Below are positions 38,955 to 51,464 of a stretch of 64,000 nucleotides of DNA, piece after piece. Each line of letters begins with the position of its first letter. Position 1 is the first letter of the stretch. Position numbers and translations under genes: made by a program. Under the pieces are notes generated by a model that saw only the letters and a list, made by a program, of their open reading frames with translations, had not been told where the DNA came from and did not search any database. The DNA is from Octopus vulgaris (Eukaryota): contig OX597820.1 in the NCBI GenBank assembly GCA_951406725.2, forward strand, positions 71,920,001 to 71,984,000, given 5' to 3'.

Positions 38955-40270
38955 GACATGCTTATGTTGCCTTTAGTTGATGCCCTATTCTCCAACATCA
39001 ATGATTCTAATCATATTTTCAACCTTTTGACTTCTGTAGCCTCCAAACTTCTCTTCACTATGGATGTAAAATCTTTATCTTCAGTAGCATTGACCTATCA
39101 GCCTTTTAATATTTTGATTGCTCTGTACAGGAAACCATTATAATTATGCTTCTCCAAATAGCCAAATTAATCTTCATTCTTAACTACTTTTTCTTTGATG
39201 ACTTTTATCAGCAGATTTGTGGCATAGGTTTCAAGTTCTTTATATCCTCTTTGTAGCCTGCATAGTGATCCAGATTACTGTTCCCTTCACTGGTCTAACC
39301 CTAGTGCTATACTTCTCCATCAGTGACTGCCTCAACAGTACATAAAATATCAGAAAAGGACTTACACACTTTATCTTAGTTATCAACAACTTTTACTCTG
39401 CAAAATACTTTACTTTCACTGTTGCTGGCTCCTCTGTCAGCTTCCCAGACATCTCTGTCCCTATTGATAACATCTGTATCTCCAATTCCACATTCAGCAA
39501 TACTTATTCCTATCTTGGTTCTTGTAATTCTCATCTCACTCAGTCTAAATCTGCTATTCCATTCTCCCAATTTCTTTGACTCCATCATCTTTTCAGCTGG
39601 GATTCAGTCTTTAAAGTCAAAGAAATACACCTTTTTCCCTTGGCTTATTGTTATTCTCACTCAGCCAATGATGCCGTACTCCACTGAGCCCAAACTATTA
39701 GTAGAACTACATCATTCTTGTTACATGTATTGTATACCAGTAGAACAACAGAGTTCCCTCTATATCACTTTACATTCAGCAATCTTTTTTATGCACTATC
39801 TTATGCAATTTCTGCTATCTACTCAACCCCTGATACTACTCCAAGCTTCACTATAACTTCTTTGCCTCAAGAAAGACAAAATTCTGTGACATTTTGATCA
39901 AGCTCTTCCTTGTCCACTACCACATTCAGCTTGGTTCCTACATTCCAATAATCCTGCTCCAGATGTCCTACTTGTTTCTTTAGCTTTCATGTCACAGTCA
40001 TACACAACTCTAAAAACCTAGTTCCATTTCATTGATTACTGTTTTGATGACTACTTCCAAGAACACCTTGATCTCCAAAGTAATATGCAGATCATCTCTA
40101 AAACCAATATCTGAATTTCAATTTGTCAGGTTACTCTACAGATCATCTCTCAGACTGTGTTGTTATCTTAGGTAACAGATCCTTTCATATGTACAAAGAG
40201 AAAGAAAAACATGTCATCTTTAATCTCAATAATTCTACTAAAATCAACAAATGCTTTTCCTTTTCTTAAT
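38955..40270 (+). pseudogene. Decayed Penelope-like element (RT plus probable GIY-YIG end)
   Basis: Remnants in order: PLVDALFSNINDSNH..KLLFTMDVKSL (38967-39078), FYQQICG (~39205), KSAIPFSQFL*LHH (~39550-39590), KEKHVIFNL...INKCFSF* (~40200-40270), matching Penelope RT and C-terminal motifs. Confidence 0.7.
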
Positions 40271-42504
40271 TCACTCTTTTTCTCTCCTGTAGCCCTCTCC
40301 TCCATTTCTGTTTTTATTAGTTTATATTCTGATGTGTGCACATATGCCTCAAATGTATTTCTGTGCAATATCTTACCACTCTACACCCATGCTTTACCTC
40401 CTTTCCTCTATGTACCCTTTGACCTTCACTAGCTTCTGTTTTCTCTTACTCTTTTCTTCCCATTCCTTGTTTTCTTCCTACATTTTCATATGAATTCCTT
40501 TTCGTGTATCTTGTATTGTATATCAGCATTTGCATCCATGTGTATTCATGTATGAATGAGTACATATGTATATGAGAGCACTTGTGTTTGCTTCTGTGTG
40601 CATGTGTATATGCATAAACCTTGTGAACCATCGATCAAGCATGTATGCAGACAAATATATAACTACTATCATGTATTTTAATCCTTTTAAATCTTTAGTT
40701 TCTCCTCACTTATCTACATGTTTTGCATGTATACGTGTGTATGTGTGTGTGTATGTGTGTGCGCGCTTATGAAATATTTTCTTTTTTTTTTAGCCCTAGA
40801 TCATCTCTGTGTGAACAGACCAATAGACATTCCAGACATGAGACCATCTCATGTCTTTTACAGATACAGCTTATTAGGTCCCCGTTACTCAATGTATCTT
40901 TACTTTTTGTAAGGCAATGGAGGTGGGGGTGATTTGGACGAGATTTGACTGCTATTTTCATCAGGATGAGAAACCACTTAGAGGAATTGTCATTGGTTCT
41001 TATATATTGTCTTCACATGTATGAACAAACAGATTTTCCACACTGCTTTCTTCTCCTTTGATTACCCCCACCCTTTCTATTTCACTTCATTACTTTAGAT
41101 TGGACAGTGAATTATTTCTCAGTTTTTGTTTCTTATACCTTACATCTTTTGATTTCCTTTAGAACCATTTAATATACACTCACTTCCCTTTCACAAAAGA
41201 TTCCTACCTAAAACACTAGCATAACCCCCCTCCCCGCCTTCCCCCATCATCCTGCCCACAGTATACAATGTTATTTTTTACAAATTTTATTTACAGTGTG
41301 TTTCTTTTTTCACTTAGGTCATCACAAATATTCTTAGACTTCACTTTTTTTTATTTGATTTTTTAATACAAAAATAGTTTGATAATATTTTCCTTTTTAT
41401 AGCCAGCTACTGCCAATAGAGTGGTCTGGTCAGCAGGTTTCTGCTAATGCTCTATATCTGTATAAAGGCTGTACCATTATCCTACCTTTTTCTGTGTTTT
41501 CTTCTTATAATAGTACTTTGTGGTAAAAACAATTTGTTCATATCAGACCATTTCTTCTAAATATATTTTGACTCTGTTGAAGAGATGTCTTAACATTTCT
41601 TATTTTCCATGTGTTGTTTGAGTATATTTCTTTGAAATATATTCAATCTATGAAAGAATTATCATTAAACCAAATTTCTATATATCTTTTGAAACACTTA
41701 CGCTAATCAATATTCAAAATAGCTTTTATTGCAACATATTAATTAGAATTCTTATATGATATATTTTTGAAAATAATCAAACAGCCACTCAAGTAATATT
41801 TAACACTGCTAAGTATAAGATAGCAATTGCTTTCAAATCCAATAAATTATATTAAAACAAGAATCATAAATTTTAGATAATTATTATGACTGAGCAAATA
41901 ATAGAATATTTCTCTGGCTTCAGCAAAAGATAATCTAAAAGCTTCAATACTTGCTTATTGAGTATTGGCAAGATTTTTAATAAAATAAATAAAGGCAATG
42001 CATGTACATATTGATGCTTGTAGATTAATTTTAAAAGCTTTTCTTCTTAAAAATAAGGAAATTTCGAGAAATCAAAAATAAGTTGAAAATAAATTTATAA
42101 AGGAAGTGATTCTGAGAGAAAAATCTACAATTAGATCTGCTCTATCATGATGTAACAGTATTCTATTGATTAGAGTATAGGTTTTAACGGTATTGGGTAG
42201 ATTAGCTTCTTGTTTTACTTCTTTCTCCAGAAATAGCAATGGGAATATTGTGTTTAGTGTACTCAGTGGTATATTATAAATATCTGCTGATGAATGTGAC
42301 ACATTATAAGAAATGTTACATAAATTTCATTGACTTAGGCGATGTTTGTAAGATTTACAACTTCCTTCTTCTTCTTCTTCTTCTTCTTCTTCTTCTTCTT
42401 CTTCTTTTTCTCCTCCTCCTCCCTTCATCTTCCCCACTCCCCTCCCTCCTCCTCCTCCCCTTCTTCTAGTCATCATCGTCATCATCATAATCATCACCAT
42501 TATT

Positions 42505-42790
42505 AGATGTAAGGACGAGGTGAAACAATCACCAAAACCCCTACAGCTTAATTCAACATCTTGGTAAAGTTATTGCCTAGATCGATCTGAGTGGCGTAAA
42601 ATGTGTCATGATGCATCTAAACAATTTGAGTTGAAGAAACAGAACCATAAAAGAATTATATCCTGCAATCAACAAACACATTTGTCCAATCCCGTGCAAA
42701 AGCAAAAGCATTATTGTCCCCATTGTGACTTCATAGCAAAATCCATTCCTGGATTCAAATTACATTTATGCATCCACTGCAAACAGATGC
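42505..42790 (+). mobile_element. RTE-clade LINE C-terminal fragment with CxxC..H..H finger
   Basis: ..W*SYCLDRSEWRKMCHDASKQFE..HYCPHCDFIAKSIPGFKLHLCIH. Confidence 0.65.
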
Positions 42791-42888
42791 AGCTTCTTTT
42801 ATTTTTAATCCTTTTTTTTTTCTTTTAAATCTTCTTCAAACACTCATGTCAAAACCGTCAAGAGTGACCATCATGATCATTATTATTA

Positions 42889-42938
<50 letters not shown>

Positions 42939-43181
42939 AATATTTTATGTTTGACTTTTGCTTTACATTTGTACAAGTTGGCTCCAAGTCTCATCCAGAG
43001 ACCTCAAGAGACAACAAGTTGGAAGTTCATGTTGGTGTTATGCCTAGGGTGCCATATATTTGGTTTTGTACATAGTGTTGTTCTAGAGAATGCTTAAGAT
43101 TACAAAGAAAGTATTTTGCATAGGATATGAGCAGTCCCCATGAGCACTATCTTTTGAATTTCTGCCATTTTGGGGTTTCCT

Positions 43182-43414
43182 AAGGCAGCGAGCTGGCAGA
43201 ATCGTTAGCATGCCAGGTGAAATTCTTAGCGGTATTTCATCAGTCGTTATGTTCTGAGTTCAAATTCCGCCGGGATTGACTTTGCCTTTCACCCTTTCAG
43301 GATCAATAAAATAAGTACCATTTGAACACTGGGATCGATGTAATCAACTCATCCCCACCTCCTCCAAGTTGCCTTTGTGGCAAAAATTTGAAATTATTAT
43401 TATCATTATTATTA

Positions 43415-43475
<61 letters not shown>

Positions 43476-43690
43476 GGTAGTGAACTGGTAGAATCATTAG
43501 CACGGTGGGTGAAATGCTTAGCGGTATTTCATAACTCATTATGTTCTGGGTTCAAATTCCACCAAGGTCGACTTTGCCTTTCATCCTTTCAGGGTCGATT
43601 AAATAAATACCAGTTACACACTGGAGTTGATGTAATTGACTTAATCCCTTTCCACAAATTTGAGGCCTTGTGTTTCCAGTGGAAAGTATT
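43182..43690 (+). mobile_element. Two tandem SINE family B copies separated by (ATT)n
   Basis: Heads GGCAGCGAGCTGGCAGAATCGTTAG (43182) and GGTAGTGAACTGGTAGAATCATTAG (43476); (ATT)n at 43393-43473. Confidence 0.85.
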
Positions 43691-44252
43691 ATTATTATTA
43701 TCTTTACTAAATATAATTACTCATTAAAAGAACATTTTTTTCAGAAATAAATTATTTTATATTTTAATTTTTCTTTAACACTTCAAATTATTTTTTTTTA
43801 AAAACTAACAACAAAAACTTAAGCCATATTAAAAGAAATGCTACATTTAGGTTAGACAAGCCTGACTGGTACTTTTAAACAGTATTGATAAGATTTAATG
43901 TATTGAAGATTGTGCTTGAAGGTAAATTTCCAGATTGGATTTACTCCAGTTGCGTGTTGAATTACTAAGAATTTTTTTAAAGATAACGGTTTTTGCCAAT
44001 CATGTGAATTGGTTTGTTTATCCAAAATTAGTTTATATGTAAAGGTTGTGTTACAGAGTTGATTGAATGCATGGTTTATAGGGAGTTAAAAATAGATATT
44101 GCCTGACAGTAAGTCATCATCATCGTCGTCATCATCAGCATCATCACCATCATCATTATCCTCCTCCTCCTCATCATCATCATCATCAATATCATCATCT
44201 TCATCATCACTACCATCATCATCATCATTGTCGTCGTCATTGTCATCATTTA

Positions 44253-44605
44253 ATATTCACTCTTCGATGTTTGCATGATTCAGATTGAGTTTGCTGAGGT
44301 AAATTTTCTATGGCTGGATGCCTTTCCTGTCCCCAATTTTCACCTGTTCTCAAGCAAGGTAATATTTCTTTCTGATCAAATATGTTTTACATGGAAGAAT
44401 GGAAATGAACAACATTATCTGTTTGATGGCGACGCTGATTTACAACCATGATGTGAAGGCAAGACTACACACCTGAATATATATGAGCATGCCAGGCTAA
44501 TAAGGGCCGGTTTACCTGTTTCAATGGTGTATATACTCCCCACCTGGATGGGACACCAGTCTGTTGCAGGATTACTCATTTTGCCAGCTGAGTGGACTGG
44601 AGCAA
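44253..44605. repeat. Donor of local duplication (C-type fragment plus D-like SINE fragment); copy at 45300-45720
   Basis: About 350 bp colinear with roughly a dozen substitutions; (CA)n is expanded in the second copy. Confidence 0.9.
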
Positions 44606-44757
44606 TGTGAAGTGAAGTGTTTTGCTCAAAAACACAATGAGTTACTCAGTCCAGGAATCGAAACTATAATCTTATGATCATGAATCCAGCAGCCTAACCA
44701 CTAAGCCACATGCCTCCACATGCATACATACATGCATATATACATACACACACACAC

Positions 44758-44797
<40 letters not shown>

Positions 44798-44807
44798 CTT
44801 TTATTTT

Positions 44808-45145
44808 TCTTTTACTTGTTTCAGGAATTTGACTGCAGCCATGCTAGAGCACGTTTTAAAGGGTGTTAGTTGAAGAAACGCCCCCCCCCCCCCCGGACTT
44901 AGTCTTTGTAAGCCTAATACTTATTCCATCAGTCTCTTTTGTCAAGTGTTGGCAGGGAGGACAAACACAAACACACACATATATATATATACGATGGGTT
45001 TCTTCCAGTTTCCGCATACCAAATCCCCTCACAAGGCTTTGGGTGGCCCGAGGTTATAGTAGAACACACTTGCCCAAGGTGCCATGCTGTGGGACTGAAT
45101 CCAGAACCATGTGGTTGGGAAGCAAGCTTCTTACCACACAGCCAC

Positions 45146-45147
<2 letters not shown>
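44808..45147 (-). mobile_element. SINE family A
   Basis: Reverse complement similarity to 501-886. Confidence 0.8.
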
Positions 45148-45206
<59 letters not shown>

Positions 45207-45846
45207 TACATGTAAAATGTAGGTTAGTGAGTTTTTTTAGAAATTTCACTATCAGTGGCCTAGCATGTATAAAAAATCAATAGACAACATATTCTCAATA
45301 TATTCACTCTTCCATGTTTGCATGATTCAGATTGAATTTGCTGAGGTAAACTTTCTATGGCTGGATGCTTTTCCTGTCCCCAATTTTCACCTGTTCTCAA
45401 GCAAGGTAATATTTCTTTCTGATCAAATATGTTTTACTTGGAAGAATGGAAATGAACAGCATTATCTGTTTGATGACGATGCTGATTTACAACCATGATG
45501 TGAAGGCAAGACTACACACACACACACACGCACACACTCTTACACACGCACGCACACACACATACACACACACACTCACACACACACCTGAATATATATG
45601 AGCATGCCAGGCTCATAAGGGTCAGTTTACCTGTTTCAATGGTGTATATACTCCCCACCTGGATGGGACACCTGTCCGTTGCAGGATTACTCATTTTGCC
45701 AGCTGAGTGGACTGGAGCAAGAGAAAACTGCCTTCAACAGACAGTTTTTACATGCTAGAAGAAGTAGTCAAAACGACCAAAACCACATTTAAGGGCAATC
45801 TTCAAAAGGAATGAAAAATAAAAACTTATACCTTGTTATTTTATTC

Positions 45847-45919
45847 TGGTCAGACCTAGATTTCAAAATTTTTTTAGCAAATAAAATAATTTGCTAGGCA
45901 AATTTCTCATCAGTAACCA
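45847..45919 (-). ncRNA. Minimal type-I hammerhead ribozyme motif
   Basis: UGGUUA-CUGAUGA-[G AAAUUU..UAGCAAAU uauuuu AUUUGCUA..AAAUUU U]-GAAA-UCUAGG-UC/UGACCA: complete core, helix I UGGUUA:UGACCA, long helix II, near-palindromic helix III AUCUAGGU, GUC cleavage triplet. Confidence 0.75.
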
Positions 45920-46433
45920 CGCCATAACACTAACATATAATTAAGAGACGAATAGCATGTGTCTCATCGTTATTCATTATAATTCTTCAAATTCCCCACG
46001 CAAGTGCAGTTTCAGTCAGTAGTAAATGAATAAATGTCGAACTAATCTTTTAAAAATTGCTAAATGCATATACATAAAATATAAGGTAGTGAGTTTTTTT
46101 TTAAATTTCACTACCAGTGGCCTAGCATGTATAAAAAGTCAATAGACAACATATTCTCAATATAAAATAGTGTACATTTAAACACAAGAGAAAACTGCCT
46201 TCAGCAGGCAGTTTTTACATGCTAGAAGAAGTAGTCAAAATGACCAAAACCACATTTAAGAGCAATCTTCAAAAGGAATGGAAAATAAAATTTTACCTTG
46301 GTATTTTATTTTATTTTATGTATATGTTTTAGCAAATTTTAAAAGATGAGTTCAGCATTTATTCCTTTACTGCCGACTGAAACTGAAGAGACATGTGCTA
46401 GTCGTCTCTTAATTATATGTTAGTGCTATGGTG

Positions 46434-46506
46434 TGGTCACTGATGAGAAATTTGCCTAGCAAATTATTTTATTTGCTAAAAAATTTTGAAATCTAAGTGT
46501 GACTGG
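46434..46506 (+). ncRNA. Second hammerhead copy, probably inactive
   Basis: TGGTCA-CTGATGA-same helix II-GAAA-TCTAAG-TG/TGACT; the triplet reads GUG rather than NUH. Confidence 0.6.
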
Positions 46507-47124
46507 AATAAAATAACAAGGTAAAAGTTTTTTTATTTTTCATTCCTTTTGAAGATTGCTCTTAAATGTGATTTTGGTCATTTTGACTACTTCTTCTAGC
46601 GTATAAAAACTGCCTGTTGAAGGCAGTTTTCTCTTGTGTTTAGATGTACATTATTTTATATATGTATATGTATATGTGTGTGTGTGTATGTATATACATT
46701 TACATATATGCACACACACACACAGATTTATATATTCTATTTCCTTGAAAGAATTTCTCCCAGGCATTAATCATTACAATTCGTCTTGGCCTAACGGTCC
46801 TTAATGTTTGTCTTCGTTGATTTTTTACTCTGTACATCCACTCTGACATTGTTCATTCTTTCCAAGCTCTAACTCTCCATGAAATTTATATTTTTAAAAT
46901 TTCTGGATGCTACTGGGTGATGAAGTTCCCTATATTGTCATTAAAAGCACGAAATAGGAGTAATAAACATTTCAACAACTGATGAGGAGTTACCTTCTTT
47001 TGATATTTTGTCCTGCACTTTTCTCTCATGTTTACGTATTTTTCATTCGTTGGTGATGTCCTGTACACAATGTATATTTTTCCTTATGTTTATTTGTGTG
47101 TGTGTGTGCATGTGTGTGTGTGTG

Positions 47125-47219
<95 letters not shown>

Positions 47220-48080
47220 ATATGTGTGTGTATGTATACACACACACACGGGCTTTCAGTTTCTATCCACCAAATCCATTCACAAGCTCACTGGTTAGCC
47301 GAGGGTTATAACAGAAGACACTTACCCAAGGTATCACACAGTGGTACTGAACCTGATACCACATGTTTGGGAAGCAAGCTTCTCAACCAAACAGCCACAT
47401 CTGCACCTGAATTTCAAATAAATCTGATATGGTTTTGTTAATGATAGGTAACTATAGGATAGCTGACATAATAAAACATTATTCCATATCTAGATCAGTG
47501 TTTAGCTATTATGACTTCAAATATCACTTTGGGTTTACTTTACCTTTCATCCTTTTGAGATCAATAATACACACACTCACATGCACACACACACATAATC
47601 AAAATTATGGAGTGACTTCAATCAGTTACAACTTTTCTACTATAAACTTCATAGCTAGTAATAAAATATTGTCTCGGACACCTGCTGTACAAATTATATA
47701 AAGGTAATATTAGATATAGCATGTGAATGATATCTATGAACTATGACTACAATATGAATATTTGTATGTATTGAGAGTGATTGATTGGTTGGGTTGTTGG
47801 TTGGCTGGTTGGTTGTTGTGTGGTCAAGTACATGAGTATTTGATCAAATAACTTGGTTCAATCCACTGCTTCATATATACGGTCTCTGCCTAGCTGAGGA
47901 TCATGCTTCACATTCCATTATGCAGTGATTCATCATATGAAGTATTACATAACAACTTGTATACATACTGATGTTTAACTCCAGGTCAGCTTTGAATGAG
48001 CATATCTATGACTAAAGGCATTACAACCTTGATTATTTTGTACTTGGGTATATATTGTCCTCTCTATGTCCTTTCCCTTT

Positions 48081-48284
48081 TTAATCCTTTAGCAATTAAA
48101 TCGACCATATCTAGCCCAAATATTCAATCTGTTTTATGTTCCAACTGGCCAAATCTCACACCTATTCTAAAAATAAACAATCTCATCTTTGAAATCAGTT
48201 TCAAAATATTACATAATTAATTTTTTTAAATATAAATAATTAAGCAATACATTTGACAGAGTAATCTGAATGCTTAAGGCTTAA
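48081..48284. mobile_element. TTAA-flanked (piggyBac-like) MITE, diverged
   Basis: TTAA|TCCTTTAGCAATTA...TGAATGCTTAAGGC|TTAA; partial reverse copy at ~24590-24682; interrupts a family F repeat. Confidence 0.55.
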
Positions 48285-48974
48285 GACAGCAAGGTTGATC
48301 TGGAGTAATTTAGCTTCTATTTCTAACAGGTTGAACAATTCAACCTTGTCGAAGTTCCCTCATGAACATATAAGTCTATAGATTGTGTTATTGGACACAA
48401 CAGAGTTGGACTAGGAGGAATCAGTCAGAACATAACAGCTGCTGCTGCTCTGCACTCATCATTAGCGATGTGTATCCCAGTTCAATGTATGGAGCTAATG
48501 AGGCTTCCATGATGATGCTTTTTTTAAAATCCATATATTTTAAGTTGCTTGGACTGGATTGAGGAAATAATGTTTACTTAGTGTTTTTCCTATGGTGTTG
48601 TAGTAATATTCTGGCAGTTTGTTTGTGAGTGATGTGATCCTATATGTAGTGGCAGGGATTGAGACAACCGGAAATTGAGACTTCATGTCTCCAGGGCTTC
48701 TAGCATTTTTAGTATTTTTGTTATGTTGCACAAGTCACCTGTAGATATGGGCTATGAGCAACCTGTCATAATGCAAAGGTGTTGCACTTTTTGTAGTTAA
48801 ATAATGAGTTGTAATGAAAAGATTCATTTGCTCAGGAAGGACTGGCATATCCATGATGGATCTTAAGTATTGTTTATACCCTTATGTTGTTAAATTCTGT
48901 TGACTAAATTTGGACCGTGTTGTGAGTGCTATATATTTGTGTATCATTTTATTTTCATTAGTATAAGTCATAAA

Positions 48975-49400
48975 AGTTGGCGAGCTGGCAGGAACATTAG
49001 CATGCAGGGCAAAATGCATAGCAGTATTTCATCTGTCTTTACGTTCTGAGTTCAAATTCCCCTGAGGTCAACTTTGCCTTTCATCCTTTCATAATAAATA
49101 AATTAAGTACCAGTTGCATACTGGAGTTGATTTAATCGACTGCCCCACCTCTCCCAAAATTTCAGGCCTTGTGCCTAGAGTAGAAAAGATTATTATAAGT
49201 CATAAAGGCAACAAACTGATAGCATCCTTATTGCACCAAACAAAATTGTGAAAGGTTTTTCTTTTGGTTCTTTCTGCCCAAATACTTCCGAGGCTGATTC
49301 TACCTTTCATCCTTGTAGAGTTGATAAAATAAGAATCAGCTGAGCACTAGGGTTGATGTAATCAGCTTTCCCCTCCCCTCAAAGAGTTACTGGCCTTATA
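48975..49400 (+). mobile_element. SINE family B copy followed by a degraded second copy
   Basis: GGCGAGCTGGCAGGAAC...GTTCTGAGTTCAAATTCC...CTTTGCCTTTCATCCTTTC. Confidence 0.78.
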
Positions 49401-50572
49401 TCAGTGTCATACTGAATATAGCAGCAACTCCATCTAAGAATATCTGAAGAAGGAATATTATTCCGAAATATCATATCAGACTATGGATGACTAAATTACA
49501 ATAGGTGTATAGCCCATTGTCTATATTATAGTGCATTGTTGTACCATTCAAAACTTTTTATTCTTTACAAGTAATTCCTAGTATTTTTTTGTTTTTTTTC
49601 TGTGTGTGTGTGTGTGTGTGTGCGCACGTGCATGCGTGTGTGTGTGTATGGTATGTTTATGACATTGGGTATGATGGTTAATTGTATTGAGCAATATCTT
49701 GATGTTTTGCAGCTGCTACTATTTCATTGGAACTAAGTTACCAGGGATTGTATAATAAGTCAGAAAAGATATGCAATGTGTCTGAAGAAAGGTAGCAAAA
49801 ATGTGATTGTAATATCACAAAGTTGTATGTTTATTTAATGGAAGAATGGGACATTTGCAGTTACAGGTTAAAAAGACTACATATCAAGATGAATCTTTGT
49901 GCAAAATTACAGATTTTAGATACATTCTTATATACAACATAGATTTGACAACCCAAGATAGTTTACTATTCAGCATTTTGCATTGTTTCTTAAGTAGGCT
50001 TTGAATAGATTTTGTATAAGAAATAGCATCTATATAGAAGCTTCCTCATTGGCTCAATACATTTTGCATATGTTTGTTTGCTACTGGAGTGTTGCTATGT
50101 TACGTTTAGTTATTTGCAATGTGATGTAGTTGCTGTTGGAGCTGTTGATGCTGTTTATCATTTTATATATTATTTCACTTGTTTTGTTGTCCATTGAAAT
50201 ATTTGTGCTTCCCAATTATGTTTTGAATTATTTTCCTCTTTAGTTGTTTGATAATAAGTTCTACTTCACTTGTATGTAGTTGATATGTTATATCTGAGGT
50301 TTTCCATAATTTTCAAACGGTTGTCTATTTTACTTACATAATTGGAATTGCAATATTTTATGCTACCTTATTTTTGTTTCATTTATATAACTATAGAATC
50401 ATCGGTTAAACATTTCCAGTAGGTCAGTCTGTGGGTCACAACATTTCTGACAGTGACAGTAGCAACTGAGTGTTTATAATTTGGTGAATTTTGCTTCAAG
50501 TGTATTTGGTTTTCATCAGTGTCTACACCTTTCAGTGAGGTATCACAAAATATATAAATATATATACATATA

Positions 50573-50925
50573 GGCACAGAAGTGGCTGTGTGGTAAGTAG
50601 CTTGCTTACCAACCACATGGTTCTAGGTTCAGTCCCACTGCATGGCACCTTGGGCAAGTGGCTTTTAATATAGCCTCCCACTGACCAAAGCCTTGTGAGT
50701 CAACAGAAACTAAAAGAAGCCCATCGTATATGTATATATATATATAATCAAAATAAGCAACAAGGATATCCAGAGGTAATAATGCATTACCTCTGGATAT
50801 CCTTGTGGTTTATTTTGATTATAATCACCTGATTTTAAATAATATGGATAATACCATACTAAATTCTGGTGCCTTCAACTTAAGTACCATATTCATATGA
50901 ATCTAAATTTTACTGAACCTATTTA

Positions 50926-50959
<34 letters not shown>

Positions 50960-51302
50960 CGACAGGCTTCTAATACAGCCTCCTGCTGACCAAAGCCTTG
51001 TTAGTCAGCGGAAACTAAAAGAAGCCCATCGTATGTATATATATATATATACGACGGGCTTCTTTACGTATACATATATATATATATGTGTATGAATGTA
51101 TGTGTGTGTATAAGTTTGTGTGTTTGTTCCCACACTATCGCTTGACAACTAATGCTGGTGTGTTCATGTCCCTGTAAGTTAGTAGTTTAGCAAAAGAGAC
51201 CAATAGAATAAGTACTAGGATTACAAAGAATAAGTTTGGGGTCTATTTTCTCAAATAAATGGCCTCAGTCAAATGACTGAAACAAATAAAAGAATAAAAG
51301 AA
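50573..51302 (+). mobile_element. Rearranged SINE family A with inserted hairpin
   Basis: Head at 50573-50730, hairpin at 50743-50823, duplicated SINE segment at ~50971-51045, 3' half at 51105-51302. Confidence 0.72.
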
Positions 51303-51464
51303 GGAATGGCTGTGTGGTAAGTAGCTTGTTTACCAACCACATGATTCCAGGTTCAGTCCCACTGTGTGGAACCTTAGGCAAGTGTCTTCTACTATAGCCT
51401 CGGGTCGACCAAAGCCTTGTGAGTGGATTTGGTAGATGGAAACTGAAAGAAGCCCGTCGTATAT

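Larger units (their letters stand above)
45205..46660. mobile_element. Hammerhead-bearing ~466-bp repeat in tandem plus inverted arrangement (retrozyme-like or Penelope-derived)
   Basis: Partial unit 45205-45303, full unit 45718-46184, partial unit 46185-46310, inverted unit 46312-46660; bounded by TA-rich microsatellites. Confidence 0.7.

Noticed and set aside
48540-48731. Possible GIY-YIG remnant on the minus strand
   Set aside because: Motif similarity is too weak to distinguish from chance.
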